The translations under genes and the position numbers were made by a program. A stretch of DNA of 64,000 nt, from assembly GCF_001194135.2 (NCBI RefSeq), contig NC_068999.1, forward strand, positions 47,385,571-47,449,570, in the 5' to 3' direction. The notes under the pieces were generated by a model. It did not search any database. It was not told where the DNA came from and worked only from the letters and a program-made list of their open reading frames with translations. The number at the start of each line of letters is the position of its first letter. The first letter of the stretch is position 1. This DNA is from Octopus bimaculoides (lineage: Eukaryota). Of the stretch, positions 53,116 through 64,000 are shown piece after piece.

Positions 53116-54164
53116 NNNNNNNNNNNNNNNNNNNNNNNNNNNNNNNNNNNNNNNNNNNNNNNNNNNNNNNNNNNNNNNNNNNNNNNNNNNNNNNNNNNNN
53201 NNNNNNNNNNNNNNNNNNNNNNNNNNNNNNNNNNNNNNNNNNNNNNNNNNNNNNNNNNNNNNNNNNNNNNNNNNNNNNNNNNNNNNNNNNNNNNNNNNNN
53301 NNNNNNNNNNNNNNNNNNNNNNNNNNNNNNNNNNNNNNNNNNNNNNNNNNNNNNNNNNNNNNNNNNNNNNNNNNNNNNNNNNNNNNNNNNNNNNNNNNNN
53401 NNNNNNNNNNNNNNNNNNNNNNNNNNNNNNNNNNNNNNNNNNNNNNNNNNNNNNNNNNNNNNNNNNNNNNNNNNNNNNNNNNNNNNNNNNNNNNNNNNNN
53501 NNNNNNNNNNNNNNNNNNNNNNNNNNNNNNNNNNNNNNNNNNNNNNNNNNNNNNNNNNNNNNNNNNNNNNNNNNNNNNNNNNNNNNNNNNNNNNNNNNNN
53601 NNNNNNNNNNNNNNNNNNNNNNNNNNNNNNNNNNNNNNNNNNNNNNNNNNNNNNNNNNNNNNNNNNNNNNNNNNNNNNNNNNNNNNNNNNNNNNNNNNNN
53701 NNNNNNNNNNNNNNNNNNNNNNNNNNNNNNNNNNNNNNNNNNNNNNNNNNNNNNNNNNNNNNNNNNNNNNNNNNNNNNNNNNNNNNNNNNNNNNNNNNNN
53801 NNNNNNNNNNNNNNNNNNNNNNNNNNNNNNNNNNNNNNNNNNNNNNNNNNNNNNNNNNNNNNNNNNNNNNNNNNNNNNNNNNNNNNNNNNNNNNNNNNNN
53901 NNNNNNNNNNNNNNNNNNNNNNNNNNNNNNNNNNNNNNNNNNNNNNNNNNNNNNNNNNNNNNNNNNNNNNNNNNNNNNNNNNNNNNNNNNNNNNNNNNNN
54001 NNNNNNNNNNNNNNNNNNNNNNNNNNNNNNNNNNNNNNNNCCGTCTCATCTTCACCATCTCTCTCGCTCCACCTGAGGTAGCCATGTTTCTTCTCTACTA
54101 CAAGACACATTTTTCTGTCTTTCAGAACTACTCTCGCTTCAATTGAGGGGGGAGGGTCTTGTCT

Positions 54165-54540
54165 TGCAAGTTACTTGGTAACTACACTGTTGCTGGTGCC
54201 ATATAAAAAGCATCCAGAACACTCTGTAAAATGGTTGGCGTCTGGAAGAGCATCCGACCATAGAAACCATGCAAAGCAGACAGCAGCGCTTGGTGCAGTT
54301 TTCTGATTTGCCAGCTCCTGTCGAACCGTCCAACCTACGCTACTTTGAAAAAAACAGACGTTAAATGATGATGATGATTGTGTGTGTATGTGTGTCTTTG
54401 TGTTCGTTTTCCCTACACCACTTGACAACCGAGGTTACTCTGTTTACATCGCCATAACATGACGGTTCGGTTAGAATAAATATTGAGGTTGATTTCTTCA
54501 ACCAAACTCTCGAAGGTGATGCCCCATAATTCAATAAGTT
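54165..54540. mobile_element. RTE-tail repeat (+) abutting a SINE A fragment (-)
   Basis: ggttggcgtctggaagagcatccg...gacgttaaatgatgatgat, then ccacttgacaaccga...gttcggtt... Confidence 0.65.
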
Positions 54541-55879
54541 AAACAAATAAAAAAAAGGTAATATATATATATATAGCGGGTTGTATGTATGTGTGTGCGT
54601 GCGTGTGTGCTTTTTAAGCCAGTTAAAAATTTGAATTAAAACTCTTTTCACCAAGTGTTGAGAGTACGAAAAGATAATGGGCGTTGACCAATCTTTTTCC
54701 GGATTAACTTATGTAAAAGAAAATAACAGAAAAGAGATATTTCTTCTCAATCCATTGATCGTCTCCTTTCCCAAAGCATTTTTGTACCCATACGAACCCC
54801 GTCCCCGTCCCACTAACATGCCCATATTAAAAGTAGTCAGTAACTGAATTTATCAGACCGTAATTTCCCACCCTTTAAGCCTTATTTATTTCTACAACCT
54901 ATTTCAATCGCCGATGGTTACCTAGTGTTTTACTCCCATACATATCTGGTCCCAGGCTGGCTTCCAAGGTTTCGAATCCAATCTGAATCCTTGTATACAT
55001 CCAGGAATAAAACAGCTGACGAGACGATCGGCGACAGAGATGCTGTGTAGATATAAATACACAATCGAAACAAGGTTTAATCGCCCAGAAATTTATAATC
55101 GTATTAACAACTCGTCTCAGACGTTTAATAAACGGAATTAAATTCATTCGTTTATCAAAACTTCTGAATAGTATGATGGCTTTAAAGACTTTGAGACAAA
55201 AACCACCTTCTAAACATAAACAAAATCGTTTAGAAGTCTATAATTAAAAAAAAAAAAAGGTTTAATAATGAGAAAAATAATAGAATGTGCTTTCGAGTTT
55301 AAGTCTTATCCCTCTAACGTTTTTCTTACTGTGTCGTCATCAACTTTGAGTTTTCACGTCTTCTTTTTCGATAAAGAACCAACTGAATTGAATTTATCGT
55401 AACCAATTCTCTAGCTAAAATTTGCATTATGATCAGTCGAAGAAAGAAAGAAAAAAAATAGTTTTCCATATTGAATTTACTTTGAAAAGCTCTGAAGTCA
55501 CGTAATGTAGCAACTGACGTAAAAGTTGAATATAAAAGCCGTCTAATAATGCCACTGGCTAGCTTTCTTCGTTCGACTGCTTCACTTTTAAATGATGTTA
55601 GGCTTGACTGGTTAGGAATTTGAATTATAAACGTAAATAGGAAAAACACGTATATATATATATGTATATATATAAATTAAAGAGCAACATATTTATGGAA
55701 TATAAAAAAAGGAAAATCGTTAATGAAAGCGTATTTAATATTAATAAATCAACACTTTCATAAATATAATAGTATTATGGCAGTTGGTGAGTGGAGGTGT
55801 TGAAACAAATGTGTTGGAAGCCAAGGTGGCCATGGGCACACAGCAATGTATGGTAGCACATGGCAGAGTGGCCAACCTC

Positions 55880-56011
55880 GTTTCTGTGAGCCAATCAGAT
55901 AAAGCTTTACATCTCGCCTCGGTACACTCTGCGTGATGAGAAGGCCGGCATTTTGAAATCCCTTCGAAACTTTTTAGAAGGTCATACTTTTATTTAAATT
56001 TATTGATAAAG
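55880..56011 (+). promoter_or_regulatory. Probable importin-alpha promoter/5' UTR
   Basis: CCAAT (ccaatcag) at 55891 and a CpG-rich patch immediately upstream of the ATG. Confidence 0.45.
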
Positions 56012-56077
56012 ATGGCATCTGATCCTAATCTCAAAGGCAGGGCTCATCTTTTTAAAAACAAAGGAAAAGATGCTGAG
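56012..56077 (+). CDS. KPNA3/4: Importin subunit alpha (alpha-3/4 clade), first coding exon; rest of gene not found in the window
   Basis: MASDPNLKGRAHLFKNKGKDAE resembles the start of the IBB domain (FKNKG.D.E). It is followed by a perfect GAG|GTAAGT donor at phase 0. Confidence 0.85.
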
Positions 56078-58123
56078 GTAAGTGCCATGATAACCTATAT
56101 GTTTGTATCCTTTATCAGTTTCCTTTCTCTTCTTAGGCTTCTATCAAACCCTCCGCCACTTCCAAAGCTTTTTTCTCTTTTATACTTTATAAATCTCAAT
56201 AAATGGATTTCACTATTAACATATATTCTTTTTTAGGTGCATTATATTCAAAATATTGCAATAGTCTTATTCTGAATTCCATATAATCTAACAGTTTTGT
56301 GCAAAGTCTGTCTAAAATTGCAAATAGAAGAATCGATTTAGTAAAGCATGTGGTCTTCTATATCGTTCGTTAGTGATTTCAGAAAAAAAGAATATCTCAG
56401 GTATTTTGCTTTATAATATAAAAATACACATCTTACACGTTTTAATTTAAATATATAATCGAATAGCTGTAAATGGCTTGGGTGGGAATGTTTTGTCCAT
56501 GTTTTAAATAATGGAAAGACATCCATGCTTTGAGCTTCTCTGTTACATGTGGTATGTCTTAGCAAGAACAATTCTCTCTCCTTTTTTATTTGATTATGTC
56601 TCAAACACTCGATAGTTTCTTCACCGATTAATCTATAGAAAACAAAAAAAAACTGATTCCTTCGTTGTTATATTCTTCTTCAGATCTTCCCATTGTCTAA
56701 AAATAAAATAAACTTAGAAAATTACTTGTAAATGTGATTCGTTTTATAACATTTAATACAAAAGACGGAATAGTTTTTTTTTTCAAGACCAGATAAGAAC
56801 GGGCAACTTGCTTTTAATAATTAGGTGTGACGAAGCTTCACTCAACATTTTATTATATACTCTTAACAAAACTGTTCGCTTCGTCAATGAGTTATTTTTT
56901 AATTAAAACATCCCTCCAGTCCTTTTATTGTCATCTGCTAACGAAGTCTTTATTAGGGATGGCACTTGATTTCGAACTTTATTTATTTTCCCCTTGTTTC
57001 TGGTGTCGAGATTCTTTCTAAAAAAAAAAGAAAAAAATCTGATTCTCTTGTTTCTTAGATCTGTTTAATTTGTCAGTTTTTTCCTTTAATATTCTCTTGT
57101 CAGGCGATTTCTTATTTTAATTATTAACTTTTGACATTTTCTGTCTTGGTTAAAATAATCACCCTCTCTTTTTACTATCAACAAAAATNNNNNNNNNNNN
57201 NNNNNNNNNNNNNNNNNNNNNNNNNNNNNNNNNNNNNNNNNNNNNNNNNNNNNNNNNNNNNNNNNNNNNNNNATCATTTATGTCGCACTGACTTCAAAAA
57301 TGGTTGTTCAGTATAAAAATCACATCAAAATGTCGCTATTTTTATGTAATGCGCCTCTATTATTTAAGAATATAAACGATTTCTTTCTGAACATGGGATG
57401 TAAAAAAACTACTGCATATGTCTCCAATCACTTGCTATAGAAACGACGACCAATACTCCTTACTTTTAACGAGCCTCGGGTTATTATCTTCATTATTTTG
57501 GTACCTTTATTATAAACCACTGAGGCCTGGATTCTCCCCCCCCCCTTTAAAAATATATGTAATTTAAGTCTTTCAGTTCGGTAAAAAGAATTTCGTGAAG
57601 TTTCTTTAGAATTGTTTTAATAATAATGTTCGTGTTTCACGGCCGATTTTTAGTTGTGCAGGAAGGTAGGTGTTCCAAAGCCTAGATGTTGCGACATTGT
57701 GCATGGGATATATATATGTATATATATATGTATGTGTGTGTATGTATATAAATAGAGGTATATATATATATATAGTGTGTTATCGTTAAATGACTTAAAC
57801 AGGAACAACCTTAATATCGTGCCCATTAATCACCATAAAACCTCTCCAATAGTGCATAAACCTGTCACATTGGCTATTGAATACTGGTAACTTGTTGTTG
57901 ACATAACTTTTGGTATTATTAAGGATATGCCATTTGTTTTACAGAAATAAATGGCTTTGGTAGAACTGAAATAACACAACGAAACATAATACGCACATTT
58001 TGTCTCCATATTTCTATTTGCATTTAACTAAGTTTCATTGGGTGTAGTTTGTCAACGAGAGACGATGTGTTAAATAACTTATCGTTTGCCAATATTCTCC
58101 CAGAATATAACTACTTAATAATA

Positions 58124-58158
<35 letters not shown>

Positions 58159-60444
58159 CGGTTGAAAGTTATTGTTTACTTAGCAGCTGTATTTTAGCAT
58201 AAAGTATATTCAAACAAAGAATCCCGTACGATATATTTTTTGTAATTTCTTTTCTGGTAGTTTTAGATGTTTTGTGTTGCTGATGGTGTTTTCATTGATG
58301 GGTTCCACAATGTTATAATAAAACTGGCTGTTGTTGTTCTGTATCTTGGATTACTAATTACTACTAATTCTAGAGCTAGGGTACCAAGCTGACCAATAGA
58401 GTTATGTGCCTTGTCTGCACAATGGCTACATTCAGTACAAGAACAATCGCAATCCTGAATTTTAGTTTTTTAAAAAATATTTGAAGTAAATACTTCAGTA
58501 AAACTTGTATTTAAGTATATTGGCTTGAAAGCAACATAGTTGAAGCGTGGAGGAAATTAGGCAACACGATAAATGCGAGTGATAGGGGTGGGGAATTGTT
58601 TTATATTTGTAGATTTAACTCCAATTGCTTTTATCTAGTTGTGGACTGCCATAAATTGAACTGATGCTATATAGCAATAATACTGTACAACTCTATACGA
58701 AAATATGAGAGTTCAGTTCCTGTAGAAAGTTGTCGTTACCAACGTCTACCCAATATGGGTTTGTTTAATTGGAGTAACATTTAATATTTTTATTTTAACT
58801 GCTCTAGACGTGTTTAGAAATTAAATTTGAAGTAATCTCAATATCTGTCGTAGGATGTTTATAACTTCCTGACGATATACCATTGGAGAATTGATCAGTA
58901 TATGTATTTAAAAGCGAAGAAGTTCGTATCTTGTTGTCTTCTCAGTACTTATGATGCAATATAATCCACAAGTATTCCATCAGCTGTTCTATTTAGATAT
59001 ATATCACTATTGTTTTTGTCTACTTTTTCGATGTTGGCATCTAGTCAAAGACTTAACACATTTGTTCTACAATGAAACTTCTATACTTCTTTCACATAAC
59101 AACCATTTATATTTTGCTCCTCGATTTTCCTCCATGAAGTAATCGCCCTATTTCTGATATATATAGGCTCCTTAACAACTGAAATTATGATCACCACTCA
59201 GTCAGTCCATTTTATTTCAGGTTTTCATTGTCCAGAATTATAGTTTTATTCATTGTTAATGTTGTATTTCATTTATTTAAAAAAAGAAAATACTTGGTCG
59301 ACCGAATACATAATGTAGATTATGAAGACCACACCATCTAACTGTCTAGAACTTTTAATGACCCGTTTGCAAGTCTCTTATAAACATACTGTAAGTTGTA
59401 ATTGGTTCATATAGGTAAAAATGTCACTATCTCTTCTGTCCCTGTGATTAAGATAGCTTTTGTTTACCAGTTTGAAAATTTATCAATTATTTTAGAGGTT
59501 TATTATTCATTATCATTAATAAAAAATTTTCTCTATTATTTAACTATTTCGTTCCCACATTTCTGTTGTAATATATTTGGAATATCAATCAACAGGAATT
59601 TTAGATGGAGGGTTTTAATGTAGATCACTCTAAAACAGAAAGTTAATATCATCGAACTAGGAATATTTTCAGGTGGTTTGGCATTACAGGAGATATTCTC
59701 TTGATTTCCGTAACTAATCTTGTTGCCTTTCTATAAAATAAAAATTTTTTTAAAAAGCCCTAATTTTCTGTTCTGATTCGTTAATAGTATCAAATTAATG
59801 ATCCTGTATTTTATATAAATTAAACTTGATTATTATAATTGATATTATTTATATATTTACTTCATACTTTGTTTTCAATGATGGTTAGAAAAACTTGACT
59901 GGTTATTAGTAGGAAATGGTTAAGATAAATTTTATGATCTGCAGAGTATTTTTGGTAAATAGGTTCACTCTTAGATTGTGCTCAGGTGTCATTTATTCCT
60001 AGGTGAACATGCATGTAGTCTTTGTTTCTCAACAAATGGTTTACCCACTAAGTAATTTTACACATTTGTGTGTTGTTCCTGTTTGTACAAGACATTCTCC
60101 GTTATCTCAGTTGTATTTTAGTGTCATTAATCAAAACTCATTTCCTTCTCGGAAAGGGCAGTCATAGGTGGTTGTAATAGTAGGAGCGGTGAGAGGTGGA
60201 AAGGTAGGTGTCGGGTAATTTTGGTGGTGGTATAATAGAAGTGTTTGTAGTAATGATAGTATAGGCCCAGACAAGACAACAGTACATTAATAGTCTTTAC
60301 CATTCAGTTGGGTGGCCTTTTGGATACCATCTATGATGTTTGTGTGCCTAGCAGCAGCTTTGCCTTGTTCACAGGAACTGTGGCCCACTGTAGGTATTGC
60401 TTGAGCTTTATTGTGGGACAGCAGTTGGTCACTGCTGAAGTATT

Positions 60445-60680
60445 TTATGTCCTGAAAGAGACATTACAGTATGTTAGCCTTTTGGATGAAATTTTATCTA
60501 GGCACAAGTGTAGCTGTGTGGTAAGAAGTTTGCTTCCCAACCACATTGATTCCAGGTTCAGTCCCTCTGCTTAGCACCTTGGGCAAGAGTCTTCTGCTAT
60601 CGTCTCAAACCAATCAAGGCCTTGTGAGTGATGTCCCAGAATATCCACAGTCTAATGACTGAAACAAGTAAAAGGTAAAA
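60445..60680 (+). mobile_element. SINE family A, internally deleted
   Basis: tagctgtgtggtaagaagtttgcttcccaacc...aatgactgaaacaagtaaaagg. Confidence 0.8.
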
Positions 60681-61149
60681 ATAGAAAAGAAAAAACAGGA
60701 ATGTTGTATATTCAAGGTCATTAGAAGAGAACCAGAGAGATTAGGATCTAGCTTTTGTATGTGTGTAGTTAAAATAATTCATATAAAGCAAATACATTAT
60801 GTTGGACTTAATGAGGATATTGAGGTTTTGGGTGCATCACAGTGTTAGGGCCAACAATGCTGCTATTAGTTTAAGCTTTTTTCTTTTGTGCGTGGGTGTT
60901 TGAGTTTATTCGGTGTTGTAGTGTTTCGCTTTAACTGAACATAGTTGCAATGACTGTGAGGGTTGGATGTTGCTGTTATTGTTTTTGTTTGTGGTTCTTC
61001 AAAAACTGGATTATACACTTTTCTAATTTATGATCTTGACCTGTAAGGGTGGTTGTATGGTTAAGAAGTTTGCTTCAGAACTTTTGTGGTTAATGGTTTA
61101 GTTCCACTGAATGGATGTTGTTGGTTGGTGTCTTCCATAACGAAGGTTG

Positions 61150-62335
61150 ATCCACATCATCATCATATGTCCGCTTTCCATGCTGGCATGGGTTGGATGG
61201 CAAGCCAGAAAGCTGTACCAGGCTCCAATCTGATCTGATCTGGTAAGGTTTCTACTGCTGGATGTCCTTCCTAATGCCAATCACTCCAAGAGTGTAGTGG
61301 GTGCTTTTTATGTGTCACCAGCAAGGGAGCCAGTCAGGCAGCACTGGCAATGACCATGCTTGAATGGTGCTTTTTACATGCTGCCGACATGGGAGCAGGT
61401 CAGGCGGTACTGGCATCGGCCTCGACAATGATTTCACTTGACTCAACAGGTCTTCTCAAGCACAGTTTATTGCCCATTGATTGAAGGGTGCTCTTAAATG
61501 GGCCAGTTATGCTGCATAGGCCACGGTTACAGTCTCACTTAGCTTGCTGGGTCTTCTCAAGCACAGCATATCTCCAAAAGTCTTGGTCACTCGTCATCAC
61601 CTCCGTGAGGCCCAGTGTTTGAAGATTGTGCTTCACCACTTCATCCCAGGTCTTCCTGGGTCTACCTCTTCCACAGGTTCCCACCACTGCTAGGGTGTGA
61701 CACTTTTTCACACTGCTGTTGTCATCTATATGCAACACATAACCATACCAGTGCAGTCGTCTCTCTTGCACACCACATCTGATGCTTCTTATGTCCTCAG
61801 GGTACTTAAACTCTGTTGTATACACACACTGACATTGCACATCCAGTGGAGCATACTAGCTTTATTTCTTGCAAGCTTATGCATGTCCTCAGCAGTTATG
61901 ATCCATGTTTCACTTCCCTCTAGCATGGCTGTTCGCACACATGCGTCATACAATCTACCTTTCACTTTGGGCAAGAGACCCTTTGTTATCAGCAGAGGTA
62001 GGAGCTCTCTGAACTTTGCCCAGGCTATTCTTATTCTGGCAGTTACACTCTCAGAGCAATTACCCCTGCTACTGTCTTGGTCACCTAGGTAACAGAAGCT
62101 ATCAACTACTTCTAGTTTTTTCCCCTGGCATTTGACGGAAGCTGTTTTCTGCACATTTTCAGTGTTTATTGCCCCTGAGCATTTGCCACACACAAAAACT
62201 ATCTTCCCAGTTAGCCTTCCTTTGATATTGCTGCACTTCTTATTATGTTGTAGCTTTGAGATTTTGATGGTGTGATTGTTCTTGGAATGATGTTGTAGGG
62301 TAGGTGTTACACCAGATTTGGCCAATTTGAACATA
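61150..62335 (-). mobile_element. 5'-truncated RTE-clade (BovB-like) LINE with 3' UTR and (gat)n tail
   Basis: LEVVDSFCYLGDQ...RIRIAWAKFRELLPLL...GRLYDACVRTAMLEGSETW, then QERRLHWYGYV...GRGRPRKTWDEVVK...TQQAK*. Frameshifted. The UTR continues into family C sequence. Confidence 0.9.
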
Positions 62336-62631
62336 GAACAGGTAGACTGCTGGGCCTGAATATGGCTGGTTTCAATACTAAAAGGTTAATATTAACAATA
62401 TGAATCACTCCTGTGAAAATTGGATATTTATTGACTTATCTTCGCTGCTGAAAGGATTTAATTTATAAGAATCAAATTATTTTCTACTGTCCCCAAATAG
62501 TATGGCCTGCATATTCAGTGTTCAGCTTGTGATACTTTCTCAGCCTTTAATCTGTGGGGCTATTTTTGATTCATTTTACTGTGGACGCTAAAAGTTATTT
62601 TTCCTTCAGAACTTTTTAATAAAATTTTCCT

Positions 62632-63003
62632 CTTGCGGGTGGCACATAAAATACACCATTTTGAGCGTGGCCATTGCCAGTAACGCCTGACTGGCCTTCG
62701 TAGGATTTTCGAGCGAGATCGTTGCCAGTGCCCCTGAACTGGCTCTTGTGCGGGTGGCACATAAAATACACCATTTCGAGCGTGGCTATTGCCAGTACCG
62801 CCTGACTGGTCTCCATGCGAGTAACACGTAAAAGCACCCACTACAGTCTTTGAGTGGTTGGCGTTAGGAAGGGCATCCAGCTGTAGAAACTCTGCCAAAT
62901 CAGATTGGAAGCTGGTGTTGCCATCCGGTTTCACCAGTCCTCAGTCAAATCGTCCAACCCATGCTAGCATGGAAAGCGGACGTTAAACGATGATGATGAT
63001 GAT
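62632..63003 (+). mobile_element. RTE 3'-tail repeat (family C) with internal ~60-120 bp sub-repeats
   Basis: gcgggtggcacataaaatacaccatt..gagcgtgg..attgccagta..gcctgactgg occurs twice. Ends ggacgttaaacgatgatgatgat. Confidence 0.85.
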
Positions 63004-63132
63004 CAGATAAGAAGTCATGTATTTAACCCTTCAGCATTCAAATTATTCTGACAAATGTAATGCTTCTTTTTTCACATTGTTTTGAATTATGTATTATCTT
63101 GGTAGCTTTGAGATTTTGATGATGGGATTACT

Positions 63133-63354
63133 CTTTTACTTGTTTCAGTCATTTGACTGCGACCATGCTAGAGCACCACCTTTTAGTCGAGCAAATCGAC
63201 CCCAGGACTTATTCTTCGGATGCCTAGTACTTATTCTATCGGTCTCTTTTGCCGAACCGCTAAGTTACGGGGACGTAAACACACCAGCATCGGTTGTGAA
63301 GCGATGTTGGGGACACACAGACACAAACATATTCACACACATACACACACACAC

Positions 63355-63385
<31 letters not shown>

Positions 63386-63494
63386 TATACATATATACGA
63401 CAGGCTTCTTTCAGTTTCCGTCTACCAAATCCACTCACAAAGCTTTGGTCGGCCCGAGGCTATAGTAGAAGACACTTGCCCAAGGTGCCATGCA
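63133..63494 (-). mobile_element. SINE family A
   Basis: Reverse-complement match to the family A consensus. Confidence 0.9.
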
Positions 63495-63627
63495 ATTCCT
63501 AATAATATTCAATTATAAAAATATAATAGAATATTTTAAACATTGAATAGCTATGAGGGTTCCCCCACTCCGAATAAAATAGGAATCAAAGGGTTTCATA
63601 GGCAAAGATAGTTGAGAACCATTGTTA

Positions 63628-63800
63628 GAGGAGGGGTCCCCAAACTTCTTACACCATCAACCCCTTCATGGAATCCTTCACCCCTCATTGCCCCCCCCCC
63701 CCAGCATGTATAAGGAAATAATAATTAAGTAGATGTGCATTTATCGATTCCATACGGTGGGGCGGGGTCGCTATCGACCACTGTGGAGACCCTTGGTTAG
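63628..63800. mobile_element. hAT (MER/Charlie-like) MITE
   Basis: aggggtccccaaac... / ...gtggagacccttg ends. Preceded by a gttgagaaccattg end related to tagtgtttctcaacc at ~38922. Confidence 0.45.
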
Positions 63801-64000
63801 AGTATGATAGAGGAACAGCAACAAGGGTTTTGCTGTTTAGGAAATACATGACTATTTTAGTTGAAAAAAATGAGAAGATGGCGGTGGAGAAGTGTCTGGG
63901 CATGCCCCCAGAGGGAGGTGAATATAGGTGAAGTGGTACAGTGGGTTGGACAGGGTGAGTGGGCAGTGACATAATAAGTTTATCAAAATGAGTAATGAAG

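Noticed and set aside
54968-54979. ggtttcgaatcc B-box/T-loop-like word
   Set aside because: No A-box, cloverleaf or poly-T terminator was found around it.
60100-61030. Possible degenerate Penelope-like RT remnant on the minus strand
   Set aside because: The similarity is too weak to call by eye.
56078-64000. Search for importin-alpha exon 2 (expected MRRRR.EV.VELRK)
   Set aside because: Not found by eye in the window. It is probably downstream of 64000.

Overview
Eukaryotic, AT-rich, SINE- and microsatellite-dense genomic DNA with many N gaps. The repeat families suggest an octopus/cephalopod scaffold (inference). Three protein-coding loci can be assembled by hand. (1) A minus-strand, 4-exon single-domain rhodanese (TSTD1/TSTD3-like) gene, 19399->10481, with a mitochondrial-type leader and Gly at the position of the catalytic Cys. 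(2) A plus-strand ankyrin-repeat/SOCS-box (ASB-type) locus, 28562->47216. Here two paralogous, intact, ATG-initiated ankyrin exons (28562-29182 and 32597-33145, ~35% aa identity) end at the same phase-0 position inside an ankyrin repeat. Each splices in frame to one shared pair of downstream exons (40018-40336, 46771-47216) carrying the SOCS box. This variable-first-exon/constant-exon E3-ligase adaptor is the most interesting structure in the window. (3) The first coding exon of importin-alpha (KPNA3/4 type) at 56012-56077. The remainder is two tRNA-derived SINE families, RTE and CR1 LINE pieces, a Gypsy integrase relic, hAT/Tigger MITEs, Helentron-type HINEs, a 350-bp near-perfect hairpin element and simple repeats. 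Repeat boundaries are approximate (read by eye).
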